A DNA stretch of 64,000 nt from Polyangiaceae bacterium (GTDB taxonomy: Bacteria > Myxococcota_A > Polyangia > Polyangiales > Polyangiaceae): assembly GCA_965222375.1 (NCBI GenBank), contig CBDCTZ010000012.1, forward strand, positions 704,129 through 768,128. Reading direction: 5' to 3'. The stretch's first letter is position 1; each line of letters starts with the position of its first letter. The position numbers and the translations under genes were made by a program. Shown piece after piece: positions 8,604 through 18,572 of this stretch. The notes under the pieces are model-generated. The model had not been told where the DNA came from. It saw nothing but the letters and a program-made list of their open reading frames with translations, and did no database searches.

Positions 8604-10754
8604 ATGCCCGCGATGCGCCGCGCCATCCTTGCCGCAGTGATTGCGCTCGCCGCAATGGCGCTGGTGCGCTGTGACTCCAGTGTGGACAGCCCCTTCGCTC
8701 CGCCTCCGGATGCGGATGGGGGAAGCGAAACCGGGCCCGGCGTGGATGCAGAAGGTGACGCTGACCCCACGGTGGGTGGTCCCTGCGTTGACGACAGCCA
8801 ATGTGACGACGAAGTGGACTGCACCTTCGATGCGTGTGACCAGGACATAGCCCGCTGTCGTCACAACCCGGACCCGACTCAGTGCAAGAACGGCGTCTAC
8901 TGCGATGGCGTTGAGATCTGCGACCCGCAGTTGGGGTGTCGCCCCGGGGAGCCCATTGCGTGCAGTGACAAGACAACCTGCACCATAGATACCTGCGTCG
9001 AGCAAACCCAGACCTGCACTCACGTCAGTCGGGACGCCGACGGGGATGGAGACGCAGACTGGGGCTGCGGCGGCACGGACTGCAACGACACGGATCCGAA
9101 TGTCGCGGGAACGATGTCGGAGCTGTGCGGCAACCAGGTTGACGACAACTGCGATACGGCTGTCGACGAGGTTTCCTGCATCAATCCGAAGCACGACAAC
9201 TGCCTCGACCCTCTGGAGGTCACGAAGAGTGGCCAGTTCAGCATGAGCTTCGACGGGCTGAGCAGTGACTACAGCGCGAGCTGCCTTGCCCCGACCGGCA
9301 CGTACCGGGACGGCGTCGTCGCCGTGATCGTGCCGGGCACGACTCCTCGGGACGTTGACATCGTTGCAACGGCGTCCTCGGGTAGCGTGGCGCTTGCAAG
9401 CTTCGGTCAGTGTGGCGCCGCGTCCACCGAGCAAGGCTGTCACGCGTCTCCCACCAACGCGGGTAGCAGCAGCAGCCAGGTCGCGCGGCTTCGACTTCGC
9501 GCCCTGGCTCCCGGTGCCCATGCGATGGTGGTGTTCGCAACTCAACCAGGGGAGGTGAGCTTGAAGATCCGCTACCTGCCCGCTTCGACCAAACCCACCA
9601 ACGAGACCTGCGGTACCGCGGCGAAACTGACTCCGGGGGTCAACCAATTGGTCAGCATCGTCGACGCCACTGACGATCTGCCGAGTCAGTGCCCGAAGAA
9701 CACGGGAGAATTGGTGTTCAGCGTCGACCTGGCCAGTGCCAAGGACGTGCACGCCTATGCGGTTTCCAAGGATGGCATTGGCCAGCCCGCCGTGGCCATA
9801 TGGCAATCACCCTGCGGGCCCGTCGCGGGTGAACTCGCGTGCAGCACTAGCAAGTTCGCTCACGCCTTCGCGCGTGCGGTTGGTCCGACTACGCTCTACG
9901 TGGCGGTGGGCGCGACCGCACCAACGGACGTCGACCTGTTGGTCTCCCTCGCGGAGCCCTCTGTCGCGCCCCCAGACGACTCTTGCGCGACTGCGCCCTC
10001 ACTGCCGCCCTTCCAGAAGACGCCGGTCACGCTGGGATCTCACGTGGATGCGGCCAAGCTCGACTGCTTGGCCGGCGCGGTGGACGCAGCCTACGAGCTC
10101 AACTTGACCCAGAAGTCGGACGTCTTGCTGGTTTCTCGGATTTCCGACGAAGACAGTGCGGCGGTTGCCCTGGCCCTTCCCCCGTGCGCGGCCGCCACGG
10201 ACGCGTTGGAGTGCACCACAGGGTCCCGCTCGCCGATCCGAGTGCAGCGCCACGCCCTGGCCAAGGGCAGCTATCGCGCAGTCGTCGAAAGCGCCTCGGC
10301 CAGCCCGATGGAACTGACGGCCATGGTTCGACCCGCGACGGCACCTGTCTTCGTCGCCTTCGCTGACACCTGCGCAGACGCCGTCACCATCCCCGAGACG
10401 GGCGGCTTCTTCCAGGGCAATACGGCGAACGCTGGCGCCGACTACCCGGCAGGGTGTGACTTCGCTCCCGGCGCATCCAGCGGCGCTCCGGATCAGATGC
10501 TGAAACTGGAGCTGAGCAAGAAGAGCCGCGTGGTTTTCGACATGTTGGGCAGCGGCTACTCCACCTTGCTGAACGTGCGGCGTGGACCGTCCTGCCCGGG
10601 AACGGAAATCCCGGACGCGTGCGCGGCTGGCTACGTCGTGGACAAGAGCTTCCTGGACTTGGTCCTCGATGCAGGCACCTATTTCGTTCAGGTGGATGGT
10701 TACAGTTCTGACGCTGGGCCATGGTTTCTCGACGTTTTCGTGGGCCCACCCTGA
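8604..10754 (+). CDS. Secreted Cys-rich (lipo)protein with CTxDxC repeats, a putative metal-binding DxDGDG...DCND motif and repeated PPC-like beta modules
   Basis: Signal MRRAILAAVIALAAMALVRC; CDDEVDCTFDAC; DADGDGDADWGCGGTDCNDTDP...DDNCD; repeated NETC/DDSC/ADTC modules ending GTYFVQVDG. Confidence 0.75.
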   Translation: MPAMRRAILAAVIALAAMALVRCDSSVDSPFAPPPDADGGSETGPGVDAEGDADPTVGGPCVDDSQCDDEVDCTFDACDQDIARCRHNPDPTQCKNGVYCDGVEICDPQLGCRPGEPIACSDKTTCTIDTCVEQTQTCTHVSRDADGDGDADWGCGGTDCNDTDPNVAGTMSELCGNQVDDNCDTAVDEVSCINPKHDNCLDPLEVTKSGQFSMSFDGLSSDYSASCLAPTGTYRDGVVAVIVPGTTPRDVDIVATASSGSVALASFGQCGAASTEQGCHASPTNAGSSSSQVARLRLRALAPGAHAMVVFATQPGEVSLKIRYLPASTKPTNETCGTAAKLTPGVNQLVSIVDATDDLPSQCPKNTGELVFSVDLASAKDVHAYAVSKDGIGQPAVAIWQSPCGPVAGELACSTSKFAHAFARAVGPTTLYVAVGATAPTDVDLLVSLAEPSVAPPDDSCATAPSLPPFQKTPVTLGSHVDAAKLDCLAGAVDAAYELNLTQKSDVLLVSRISDEDSAAVALALPPCAAATDALECTTGSRSPIRVQRHALAKGSYRAVVESASASPMELTAMVRPATAPVFVAFADTCADAVTIPETGGFFQGNTANAGADYPAGCDFAPGASSGAPDQMLKLELSKKSRVVFDMLGSGYSTLLNVRRGPSCPGTEIPDACAAGYVVDKSFLDLVLDAGTYFVQVDGYSSDAGPWFLDVFVGPP

Positions 10755-10800
10755 GCGCTGCTTGGCGGGCGAGCCGGCTTTCGTTAAAGTGCTTGAGCAA

Positions 10801-11505
10801 ATGGCGTGGACGAAATGGCCGTGGAGGCTCGTAGGGGCTGCAGTCGGGGTGATGAGCCTGGCCTGCCCTGCAACTGCCAGTGAGGTGCAGGCTGGCGCGC
10901 TGATACCGCGCCTCGCCCCCGCCCGCGCCACGTTCATTCAGCAGCGTGCGAGCCGAGTCGTTCCGCTGGGGCTCACGCATCTGGAAAAGCAGGAGCTGGC
11001 AGCGGGAGCGATGGTGACCCGCCCGATGGAGTGGGAGCCGGCCGAGGGCGTGCGCTTCGTCGGTGGTGTCAGTTATGTCGTGGTCGATGGCCCGCCAGAG
11101 CTAGTGCTGAGGGCATTGAGCGATTACGCGAATCTCAAGCAAGTTCTGCCTCGGACCCGGCGGTCGGACGTGGTGACGCGCAACGGCAACGAAACCGTCG
11201 TCGAGTTGGAGCAAGGCACCTCTCTGGTCAGCGCAACTTATTCGGTCGTGGTGGCGCGCGACGGCAACAGGGTTCGCTTCTGGATGGACCAGACTCGTCC
11301 CCACGGTATCAAGGACACTTGGGGCTATTTTCGGGCAGAGCCCTTTGATGACAGGCGCAGCCTCGTCACGGTGGCTGCCCTGGTGGATCTCGGTCCGGGC
11401 TTGGCCCGGATGCTCTTCGAAAGCCGCGTCAAGAAGCTAGTCCTGACCACGCCAACGCGCATTCGCGCCCACGTGGAACCGCTCAAGTTGGCAAAAAAGC
11501 AATAA
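10801..11505 (+). CDS. SRPBCC/START-like (polyketide cyclase-like) domain protein, probably exported
   Basis: VVDGPPELVLRALSDYANLKQVLP pattern; N-terminal hydrophobic signal. Confidence 0.7.
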   Translation: MAWTKWPWRLVGAAVGVMSLACPATASEVQAGALIPRLAPARATFIQQRASRVVPLGLTHLEKQELAAGAMVTRPMEWEPAEGVRFVGGVSYVVVDGPPELVLRALSDYANLKQVLPRTRRSDVVTRNGNETVVELEQGTSLVSATYSVVVARDGNRVRFWMDQTRPHGIKDTWGYFRAEPFDDRRSLVTVAALVDLGPGLARMLFESRVKKLVLTTPTRIRAHVEPLKLAKKQ

Positions 11506-11599
11506 GTTCAAGCGGTTATGATTCGACGCTTGGCTCGATGAGCCTGCATTCACCGGGTACAAAGTTTCGGCAAGCTGCCGGGTCGGGGTTAAAACCGAG

Positions 11600-12535
11600 G
11601 TGATGCTTCAGCGCATCGGCGTAATCAGCGAGAACACCTACCGCGAGGCGGTACGGGCGCGCGTGCTCCACGGCTTGTTCGGACTCGCCTTGGCCACTGC
11701 CGCCTATGCTCTCATCGTCGGTCAGTTTGCGCTTCGCGACACGCTCCGGGTCGTCAGTGACCTTGGCGCCGCATCAATCTCCTTGTATGCGATCATCGTT
11801 GCCATCGTCTTGGGCGCCACGTCGCTGTACCGCGAGTTGGAGCTCAAGACGCTGTTTCCAATTCTGGCGCGCCCGATTCGCCGCTGGGAGTATCTGATTG
11901 GCAAGTATCTAGGCACGGTGCTGACGCTGCTCGTATTCGTGGCAGCCAATGCGGGAGCACTCTTGCTCGCGCTGGCCTATCTTGCTGGTCGCCCGCTCGG
12001 GCTGGTGTTGACCGCGGGAGTTGGGTTGAGCGTCGCCTTCGTGCTGATCGGGCTGAAACGGCCGCGCATGCGGACGATGTTGCCGGTCCCGTGGGCGTTG
12101 TTGATCCTGCTTTGTGGCTACCTGCTTGCGGACGGTGCGTCCGATGATCGACGCGTCATCTTCGGTGGGGCGTTGCTGACGGTGTGTGAAGTCTGCGTCA
12201 TCGCGGCAGTCGCCATGGTGTTTTCCGCGTTCTCGTCACCGTTCCTGACCGCCGTGTTGACCTTGTCGATCTTCATTGTCGGGCGTTCGGCAGACACACT
12301 GGCGCGCCTTCCCGAGCGCGTCTTTGGAGAGACGATCCACTCTCTTGGGGTGTTCTTGAGCAAGATCGTCCCAAACCTGATGCTGTATGCGCCACCGCGG
12401 CCATTGCTGACTGGGGAGGCGCCGGGCACCGGATTAGGGAGCTACGTAGCCCTCGCCGGGCTGCAGGCTACGGCTTGGGCCGTGTTTCTGCTCGCGGCTG
12501 CGAGTTTGATCTTCAGGCGTCGAGACTTCTTGTGA
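11600..12535 (+). CDS. ABC-2 type transporter permease (PilI-like)
   Basis: NTYREAVRARV, RELELKTLFPILARPIRRWEYLIGKYLG, C-terminal FRRRDF; multiple TM segments. Confidence 0.85.
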   Translation: MMLQRIGVISENTYREAVRARVLHGLFGLALATAAYALIVGQFALRDTLRVVSDLGAASISLYAIIVAIVLGATSLYRELELKTLFPILARPIRRWEYLIGKYLGTVLTLLVFVAANAGALLLALAYLAGRPLGLVLTAGVGLSVAFVLIGLKRPRMRTMLPVPWALLILLCGYLLADGASDDRRVIFGGALLTVCEVCVIAAVAMVFSAFSSPFLTAVLTLSIFIVGRSADTLARLPERVFGETIHSLGVFLSKIVPNLMLYAPPRPLLTGEAPGTGLGSYVALAGLQATAWAVFLLAAASLIFRRRDFL

Positions 12536-12542
12536 CCGAGCG

Positions 12543-13241
12543 ATGATGCATGATCAAGCCAGAGCAAATCCGGCGGCGGTGGGAGGCCGCGTGATACGTC
12601 CTGCACAGTTCTTGAGAGCTGCCGCGGGCCTTCTGGCGAGCCTGGTGCTGGCGCTGGCCCTATTCACCCTGCGCCAGGTCTCGGATGGAGAGGCGCATCT
12701 ACAGCTTTCGGATCAGGCTTTCGACCAGGACGATCTCGCTGGGGCCACGTTGCATGCTCGTCGGGCGGCGACGGCCTTCGCCCCCGGAGCACCTCACATT
12801 AGAAAAGCGTACCGGCGCCTCGAGGCCGTGGCTGTTGGCGCCGAGGCCAACGGCCGCGACGCCGAGGCGCTGGCGGCGTGGCGTGCGGTTCGCTCGGCCG
12901 CCCTCGAGACGCGGCACCTATGGCTAGCGGCGCCACGAGAGTTGGAGCGCGCTAACGAGAACCTGGCGCGCCTTTCCAGCCTCAGCGCCGGGGCCAGCTC
13001 GAAGCAGCGGCGGGCGGCGGCGTTGCGCGCGAAGGCGGAACTCGCGCGGGACGACGCCCCGAGTGCGCGCTGGCTCATTGCGCTCAGTCTCGGCTTTTTT
13101 GCGGCCCTGGCGGGGTTGGCCTGGGTGGGCGTGCGTGGCGTTTCCAGAGATGGAAAGCTCGCCTTCGCACGGGCCAAATGGGGCGTGTTGCTCTCCGTCT
13201 TGGGGACGGCACTTTGGGCGGTGGCAGCATGGCAGGCGTAG
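12543..13241 (+). CDS. Hypothetical membrane protein (3 TM with a helical/TPR-like periplasmic part)
   Basis: One N-terminal and two C-terminal hydrophobic segments; tightly packed between the permease and xerC. Confidence 0.65.
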   Translation: MMHDQARANPAAVGGRVIRPAQFLRAAAGLLASLVLALALFTLRQVSDGEAHLQLSDQAFDQDDLAGATLHARRAATAFAPGAPHIRKAYRRLEAVAVGAEANGRDAEALAAWRAVRSAALETRHLWLAAPRELERANENLARLSSLSAGASSKQRRAAALRAKAELARDDAPSARWLIALSLGFFAALAGLAWVGVRGVSRDGKLAFARAKWGVLLSVLGTALWAVAAWQA

Positions 13242-14185
13242 TCGCAAGCGAGTTGTCCCACGCGGTGCAGAGCTTCCTGGACTACCTGGCGGAGGAGCGG
13301 CGAGCCTCCCCGCATACCCTGGATGCCTACCGAAGGGACTTGGGCCAACTCAACGAATTCCTTCAAGCCAAGCGCAAGGGTGGCGTGGCGCTTTCGGACA
13401 TCGACCGGCTGTTGTTGCGCAGCTACCTGGGCAGCATCGCGCAGAAGCTCTCACCGGCGAGCGTCGCGAGGAAGCTGAGCGCTCTGCGCGCTTTCTTCGC
13501 GTACCTGGAGCGGCAAGGCAAACTGTCGCAAAACCCGACGGCTTTGCTCTCGTCACCCAAGCTGGGACGAAAGCTCCCCGGCTTCTTGTCCGCAGAAGCG
13601 GCGGGCTCCGTCGTCGAGGCACCTCACGAGAGCGGCAAGAAGGAACAAAGCCACGTGTTTCGAGATAGCCTTCTTCTCGAGCTTCTTTACGGAGCGGGTT
13701 TGCGGGTCAGCGAACTCGCGCGGCTCAACACGGCGGATGTCCAGTTGGACGAAGACACCATCCGAGTGCTCGGCAAGGGGAGCAAAGAACGCATCGTGCC
13801 GTTGGGATCTAGGGCCCGGCAGGCGACGGTCGCCTACCTGCCTCATCGGTCCCAGCTCTGCCATCCCAAAACCGGGGTCCAAGATGCCGAGGCGTTGCTC
13901 TTGGGACGCCTCGGCCGCCGCCTGGGCGTGCGTCGAATTCAAGACATAGTACAAGCCTACGGAGCGCTAGGAGCGGGGCGTGGTGATCTCCACCCCCACG
14001 CCCTCCGTCATAGCTGCGCCACGCACATGCTCGAAGGCGGCGCTGATTTGCGCGTGATTCAGGAGATGTTGGGACACGCTAGCTTGTCGACGACCCAACG
14101 CTACACCCACCTGTCCTTGGACCAGTTGCTTGGGGTATACGACCGCGCGCACCCGTTGGCGCGCAAAGCCGAAGACGATGAGTGA
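13229..14185 (+). CDS. xerC: Tyrosine recombinase XerC
   Basis: ERRASPHTLDAYRRDL, LYGAGLRVSEL, GKGSKER, HPHALRHSCATH, LGHASLSTTQRYTH. Confidence 0.88.
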   Translation: MAGVVASELSHAVQSFLDYLAEERRASPHTLDAYRRDLGQLNEFLQAKRKGGVALSDIDRLLLRSYLGSIAQKLSPASVARKLSALRAFFAYLERQGKLSQNPTALLSSPKLGRKLPGFLSAEAAGSVVEAPHESGKKEQSHVFRDSLLLELLYGAGLRVSELARLNTADVQLDEDTIRVLGKGSKERIVPLGSRARQATVAYLPHRSQLCHPKTGVQDAEALLLGRLGRRLGVRRIQDIVQAYGALGAGRGDLHPHALRHSCATHMLEGGADLRVIQEMLGHASLSTTQRYTHLSLDQLLGVYDRAHPLARKAEDDE

Positions 14186-16415
14186 AAGTAAGTCCTCGAC
14201 AGCCCGGCGGCTGATAGCCAGTGTCGCCGCGGGGAGCGCGATGGCGATCCCGGTGGCATTTCTCGACGGCCGGTTCGCCCAGAGCGCGTCGGCGGAATCC
14301 CTGAGCCTGGGGCGCCTCGGGCTGGCGGACGCCGGGGTGATCTGGCCAGCACTCGCCCTTGTTGGATTGGGAGTGGGTCTTGGCAGTTGGTTGCTGCACC
14401 CGCGGGGGGCGCCTGGTCTGCGCCGCCTGCGAGAAGGCCTTTCCAGTCTGGATGAAGCGAGTCGGGCACGACTGGGTGCCGCGACCCTGCTGTCCGCTGT
14501 AGCCCTCGTCGCTTGGGTTTCACTGGTTGGCGTGAGTGCAACGCGTCTGCTTTCCTTCGAAGCCGACGGCGGGACCGTGGGCGCCAGCCTGGGCGCCATG
14601 GCGATCGCTTGGGCTGCGGTGTTGGGGGGAGCGGCCCTGGCTGGCGCAAGGGCTTTCGCCGACAGGTCAGCGAAACGGGTGCCGTCGGTTGGCGTCTGTT
14701 TCGGGCTGGCTGCGGCCATCGTCGTGGTGTTCTTCGGAGTCGTGATAGCGACGGGCACGACCAGTGGCAGCGGCGGTCCTTTCGCCATCTTTGGGGTATT
14801 CAAGCGGCAGGAGTTGGACCTGCGGGCGCCGGGCTTGCTGACGGCTGCGGCTGCTGCGGCCTACGCTCTGCCGGCGCTCGTCCTACGCTTGCCCGTGGCT
14901 GCGCTGGCGCTGGTGGCAGTTGCGCCCGCCGCGCTGACTTGGCGCAGCGCAGGTAGTGCATTGGAAGAGCGCCGCGTTGCCCTGGCATTGGAACGGGATG
15001 CGCCGCTCGCCAAGATGATGTTGCCTCGCCTTCGCAAGTTCACGGATCGGGACCGAGATGGATTTGCCGCGCGCTTCGGCGGCGGGGACTGCAACGACCG
15101 GGACCCCGCCATGAACCCAGGCGCTGAAGACGAGCCGGAGAACGGCGTGGACGAAGACTGCTCCGGCAGCGACGCCAAACGGGTCGACTTCAAGAAGGCG
15201 GAAGCGCCCGCACCCAAGGATGCCGGCGAGTGGGTGGAGCAGCGCTTGCCAAAAGACTTGAACGTCCTGCTCCTCACCGTGGACACGCTGCGTTTCGACC
15301 TCGGCTACATGGGGTACAAGCGGTCGATTTCGCCAAACATCGACCGCCTGGCGAAGCAGAGCACCGTATTCGAAACCGGCTACGCGCTGGCGTCCTACAC
15401 GTCGAAGAGCCTCCCCCCGATGTTGATCGGGAAGTACCCCAGCGAAACGCATCGTGGCTGGAGCCACTTCAACCGCTTCGGAAAGGAGGACACCTTTCTA
15501 CAGGAGCGCCTACAAAAGGCCGGCATCGGCACCTTGAGCGTTCAGGCCTATTGGTACTTCTTCCAGAAAGGGGTCGGTTTCGAACGGGGCTTCGACATCG
15601 TCAACTCCGAGGCTGCGCCGAAAGCCATTCAGATGGCCGGAGATCGCACCGTCAACGGCGACAAGGTGACGGATGCGGCGATCGCCGAATTGGGCAAGCC
15701 CGAATTCCAGAACAAGCAGTTCTTCGCATGGGTTCACTACGTCGACCCACATGCAGAATACGTGCGACACGAGGGACACGACTTTGGGAAGTCCAGTCGC
15801 GACAGCTACGACAGCGAAGTCGCCTTCGTGGACGAACACGTGGGGCGATTGCTGAAGTTCGTCCAAGGCGGCCCCCTGGGCAAGAAGACCGCCATCATCT
15901 TTACCAGCGATCACGGCGAGGCATTTGGCGAACACGGTATGATCCGCCATGGATTCGAGATCTGGGAGGAACTGGTCCGGGTCCCCTTCATCATTCACGT
16001 CCCAGGTGCAAAGCCGCGGCGCATCTCCGAGGCACGCGGCATCATCGATGTCGTGCCGACCATCCTCGACCTACTTCGGCAGCCCCATCCAAAAGGGGAG
16101 GGCACGGATTTCATCAGTGGAAAGTCGCTGCTGTTCGACGTGATGGGCCCGCCAGGGCACAAGCCTGACAAACGCATCGTCTTCGTAGACATGAGCGCCG
16201 GCCCCAACAATGGAGAGCGCCAAGCATTCATCGAAGGCGGCATGAAGCTCACCGCGAGCGGAGGCCGCCCCACGGCGCTGTACGACTTGAACGCGGATCC
16301 TGCTGAGAAAAATGACCTTCTGGATGACAAGGACAAGAGCGGGCCGCTGATCGACCGCTACAAGGCTTTCCGCCGTGAACTTCGCGAAGTGAAAGTCCGG
16401 CCCACGCCGAAGTGA
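14178..16415 (+). CDS. Membrane-anchored sulfatase-like hydrolase/transferase (alkaline phosphatase superfamily)
   Basis: Multi-TM N-terminus, DRDRDG...DCND motif, LLLTVDTLR, HYVDPH, YDSEVAFVD, TSDHGE..GEHG...HG. Confidence 0.85.
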   Translation: MSESKSSTARRLIASVAAGSAMAIPVAFLDGRFAQSASAESLSLGRLGLADAGVIWPALALVGLGVGLGSWLLHPRGAPGLRRLREGLSSLDEASRARLGAATLLSAVALVAWVSLVGVSATRLLSFEADGGTVGASLGAMAIAWAAVLGGAALAGARAFADRSAKRVPSVGVCFGLAAAIVVVFFGVVIATGTTSGSGGPFAIFGVFKRQELDLRAPGLLTAAAAAAYALPALVLRLPVAALALVAVAPAALTWRSAGSALEERRVALALERDAPLAKMMLPRLRKFTDRDRDGFAARFGGGDCNDRDPAMNPGAEDEPENGVDEDCSGSDAKRVDFKKAEAPAPKDAGEWVEQRLPKDLNVLLLTVDTLRFDLGYMGYKRSISPNIDRLAKQSTVFETGYALASYTSKSLPPMLIGKYPSETHRGWSHFNRFGKEDTFLQERLQKAGIGTLSVQAYWYFFQKGVGFERGFDIVNSEAAPKAIQMAGDRTVNGDKVTDAAIAELGKPEFQNKQFFAWVHYVDPHAEYVRHEGHDFGKSSRDSYDSEVAFVDEHVGRLLKFVQGGPLGKKTAIIFTSDHGEAFGEHGMIRHGFEIWEELVRVPFIIHVPGAKPRRISEARGIIDVVPTILDLLRQPHPKGEGTDFISGKSLLFDVMGPPGHKPDKRIVFVDMSAGPNNGERQAFIEGGMKLTASGGRPTALYDLNADPAEKNDLLDDKDKSGPLIDRYKAFRRELREVKVRPTPK

Positions 16416-16452
16416 GCCACACGGACCGCTGGGCGTGGTAAGTTGACAAGGC

Positions 16453-17091
16453 GTGAGCGACTCGACGCCGGTCATTTTCTGGTTGGAATACCGAGGGATG
16501 CGCCACCGCATTTTCGACGGCGAAACCTTGGTCGGGCGGGGCAGTCGCGTGGCGTTCTTTCTCGACGAGCCCAGCGTATCTCGCGAACACGCCGTTTTGC
16601 GTCGTACCGGCGATGTAGTCATGCTGACCGACTTGGGCAGCAGCAACGGCACGTTCATCAACGGCGAGCAGATCAGTGGGACCCGAAAGCTTTCCGTCGG
16701 AGACGGGGTGCGAATGGGAACCGCTGACTTGATGTTCGGCGTCACACGCGGCGTATCGACCTCGAGTATCTCGCCGGGCATCGAACTCATCGAGTTGCAG
16801 TCCGCGGTGCGGCCAGTCATGGACCTGTCCACGGAGCCTGCCTTCGGGAGCATAGAAGTGCTCGAGACCCTCGTCGCAAACCCGGATGACGCGGAGAACC
16901 TCTTCGAGCTTTCCAAGATGGTTCAATCCAGCGTGGACCGCCTGGTGGCAAGCGCGGACCACGGGCGCGTGAAGTTGGGTCAGGCCGAGCGCGCTCGAGT
17001 TGTCGCGATCGCCGAGACGGTGCGCTCTTGGGGTGTGGCGCCTGAAGTGGACAGCTGGGCGGCCGACGTGCAGGTGCGGCTAAAGGACTAG
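16453..17091 (+). CDS. FHA domain protein
   Basis: LVGRG...SVSREHA...DLGSSNGTFING. Confidence 0.9.
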   Translation: MSDSTPVIFWLEYRGMRHRIFDGETLVGRGSRVAFFLDEPSVSREHAVLRRTGDVVMLTDLGSSNGTFINGEQISGTRKLSVGDGVRMGTADLMFGVTRGVSTSSISPGIELIELQSAVRPVMDLSTEPAFGSIEVLETLVANPDDAENLFELSKMVQSSVDRLVASADHGRVKLGQAERARVVAIAETVRSWGVAPEVDSWAADVQVRLKD

Positions 17092-18072
17092 CTAGGAAAG
17101 CGCGAAGTCCCGGGTTTGCGCCAAGAGTCCCGGTAGGCCGCCCGTGTGCAGGAACAACACTCGTTTGCCTCGCAGCTGGCTTCGAGTCAGACCGAACAGA
17201 GCTTTACCCGTGTAGACGGGATCGAGCACCAGGCCCGTGCGGCGAGCGACCTCTGTGATGAAATCGCGTTGCTCTGGGCTCGCCACGCCGTAACCAGGGC
17301 CCTTGAAGCGATCTTCAATCCGCAGAGCGACGGGTGCCCTCAAGCACGGATCCAGGGCGTTCATTTCTAGGATGATCCGCCCGATCACTCGCTCGAAGTA
17401 GGCCTGATTGTCGCAGACCGCGATGGCCAATGCTTCGTTGGCGACGCCGTATTGCCTTGCCCCCACGGCGACCCCGGCGGCCGTGCCACCCGAGCCGCAG
17501 GCGTGGACGACGAGATCGAAGGGCTCTCGAGCGCCGGCCAGCCCCAACTCGAGCTGTTCACGCACTTCTCGCATGGCTTCGACGTAGCCCAGGGAACCTA
17601 GGCCGTTCGAGCCGCCCTCGGGAATGATGAAGGCGCGCTGACCTCGGCTTTCGAAGCCTTCCGCCACCGCGTGCATGAGCTCTCCCCGACGGGAGTACTG
17701 TTCCGGTGAGATGAAACGCACTCTAGCTCCCGCCAGGCGGTCGATGAACAGATTGCCAACGTTTGCTTCAGGAGTGGTTCCGCCGGCAGTGCGCAGCAGA
17801 AGTTGCACGTCCAATCCGAGGCCCCGACTGAGCAGGGTCGTGGCGCGCGCATGATTCGACTGCTGCCCGCCACAGGTGATGACGGTGCTAGCACCGTCCG
17901 CGAGGGCCTGCCCGAGCAGAAACTCCAGTTTGCGGATCTTGTTGCCGGCCTCCGCTCCGGCCGTCATGTCATCTCGCTTGACCCAGAGCTGGCACCCAAC
18001 CAGGGCATCCAGGGCGTCGCAGCGCCAGAGCGGTGTGGGCAGATGAGCGAGGCGCAGTCGCGGCGGGCTCAT
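17092..18072 (-). CDS. D-cysteine desulfhydrase / ACC deaminase family PLP enzyme
   Basis: PTPL, WVKRDD, GNKIRKLEF, QSNHARA, IPEGGSN, GSGGT, LDPVYTGKA, LHTGG. Confidence 0.93.
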   Translation of the reverse strand: MSPPRLRLAHLPTPLWRCDALDALVGCQLWVKRDDMTAGAEAGNKIRKLEFLLGQALADGASTVITCGGQQSNHARATTLLSRGLGLDVQLLLRTAGGTTPEANVGNLFIDRLAGARVRFISPEQYSRRGELMHAVAEGFESRGQRAFIIPEGGSNGLGSLGYVEAMREVREQLELGLAGAREPFDLVVHACGSGGTAAGVAVGARQYGVANEALAIAVCDNQAYFERVIGRIILEMNALDPCLRAPVALRIEDRFKGPGYGVASPEQRDFITEVARRTGLVLDPVYTGKALFGLTRSQLRGKRVLFLHTGGLPGLLAQTRDFALS

Positions 18073-18572
18073 GCGATGGTCAGCAAGGGTGCGGCACCTT
18101 CGACGGCGTCACCCTCGACGACATGAACCTTGGAAACGGTGCCTGCTTTCGGAGACGTGAGCTCGTTTTCCATCTTCATGGCTTCCACCACCACCACTGG
18201 AGCGCCCTCAGCCACTTCGTCGCCTTCCGCAACCAATAGCTTGACGACTTTGCCGGGCATGGGGCTCTTCACGTGCCCGTCATCGCTGCTCGCCCCGCCG
18301 TGGCGCATGCCTTCCAGCGCGCGGGCGCGGGCGCTTTCCACCCGCGCCTCCATGCGCTGGCCACCACCGGCGACGGATAGCTCCGGAGCCGGCGTGCTGA
18401 CCACCCAATCCATGACCTGCCCGTCTATCAGGAGCGTGACATCCGACTGGCGGTGTTCGAAGAGCTCTACTTGTTTTTCAATGCCGTCGACGCTGGCAAG
18501 GTAGCCGCCGCCGGGGCGTGGCCGCACGTCGACGTCGACGTCACGGCCGTCAATGTTGACGAAGTATTTCAT
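18069..18572 (-). CDS. Biotin carboxyl carrier protein of an acyl-CoA carboxylase
   Basis: SPMPGKVV...EAMKMENE biotinylation motif; ATG at 18572 (MKYFV). Confidence 0.92.
   Translation of the reverse strand: MKYFVNIDGRDVDVDVRPRPGGGYLASVDGIEKQVELFEHRQSDVTLLIDGQVMDWVVSTPAPELSVAGGGQRMEARVESARARALEGMRHGGASSDDGHVKSPMPGKVVKLLVAEGDEVAEGAPVVVVEAMKMENELTSPKAGTVSKVHVVEGDAVEGAAPLLTIA

Noticed and set aside
13229..14185. Tyrosine recombinase as an integrase of a mobile element or integron
   Set aside because: Motifs are those of housekeeping XerC; no integron-integrase insertion, att sites or cargo seen, and it is embedded in an operon.
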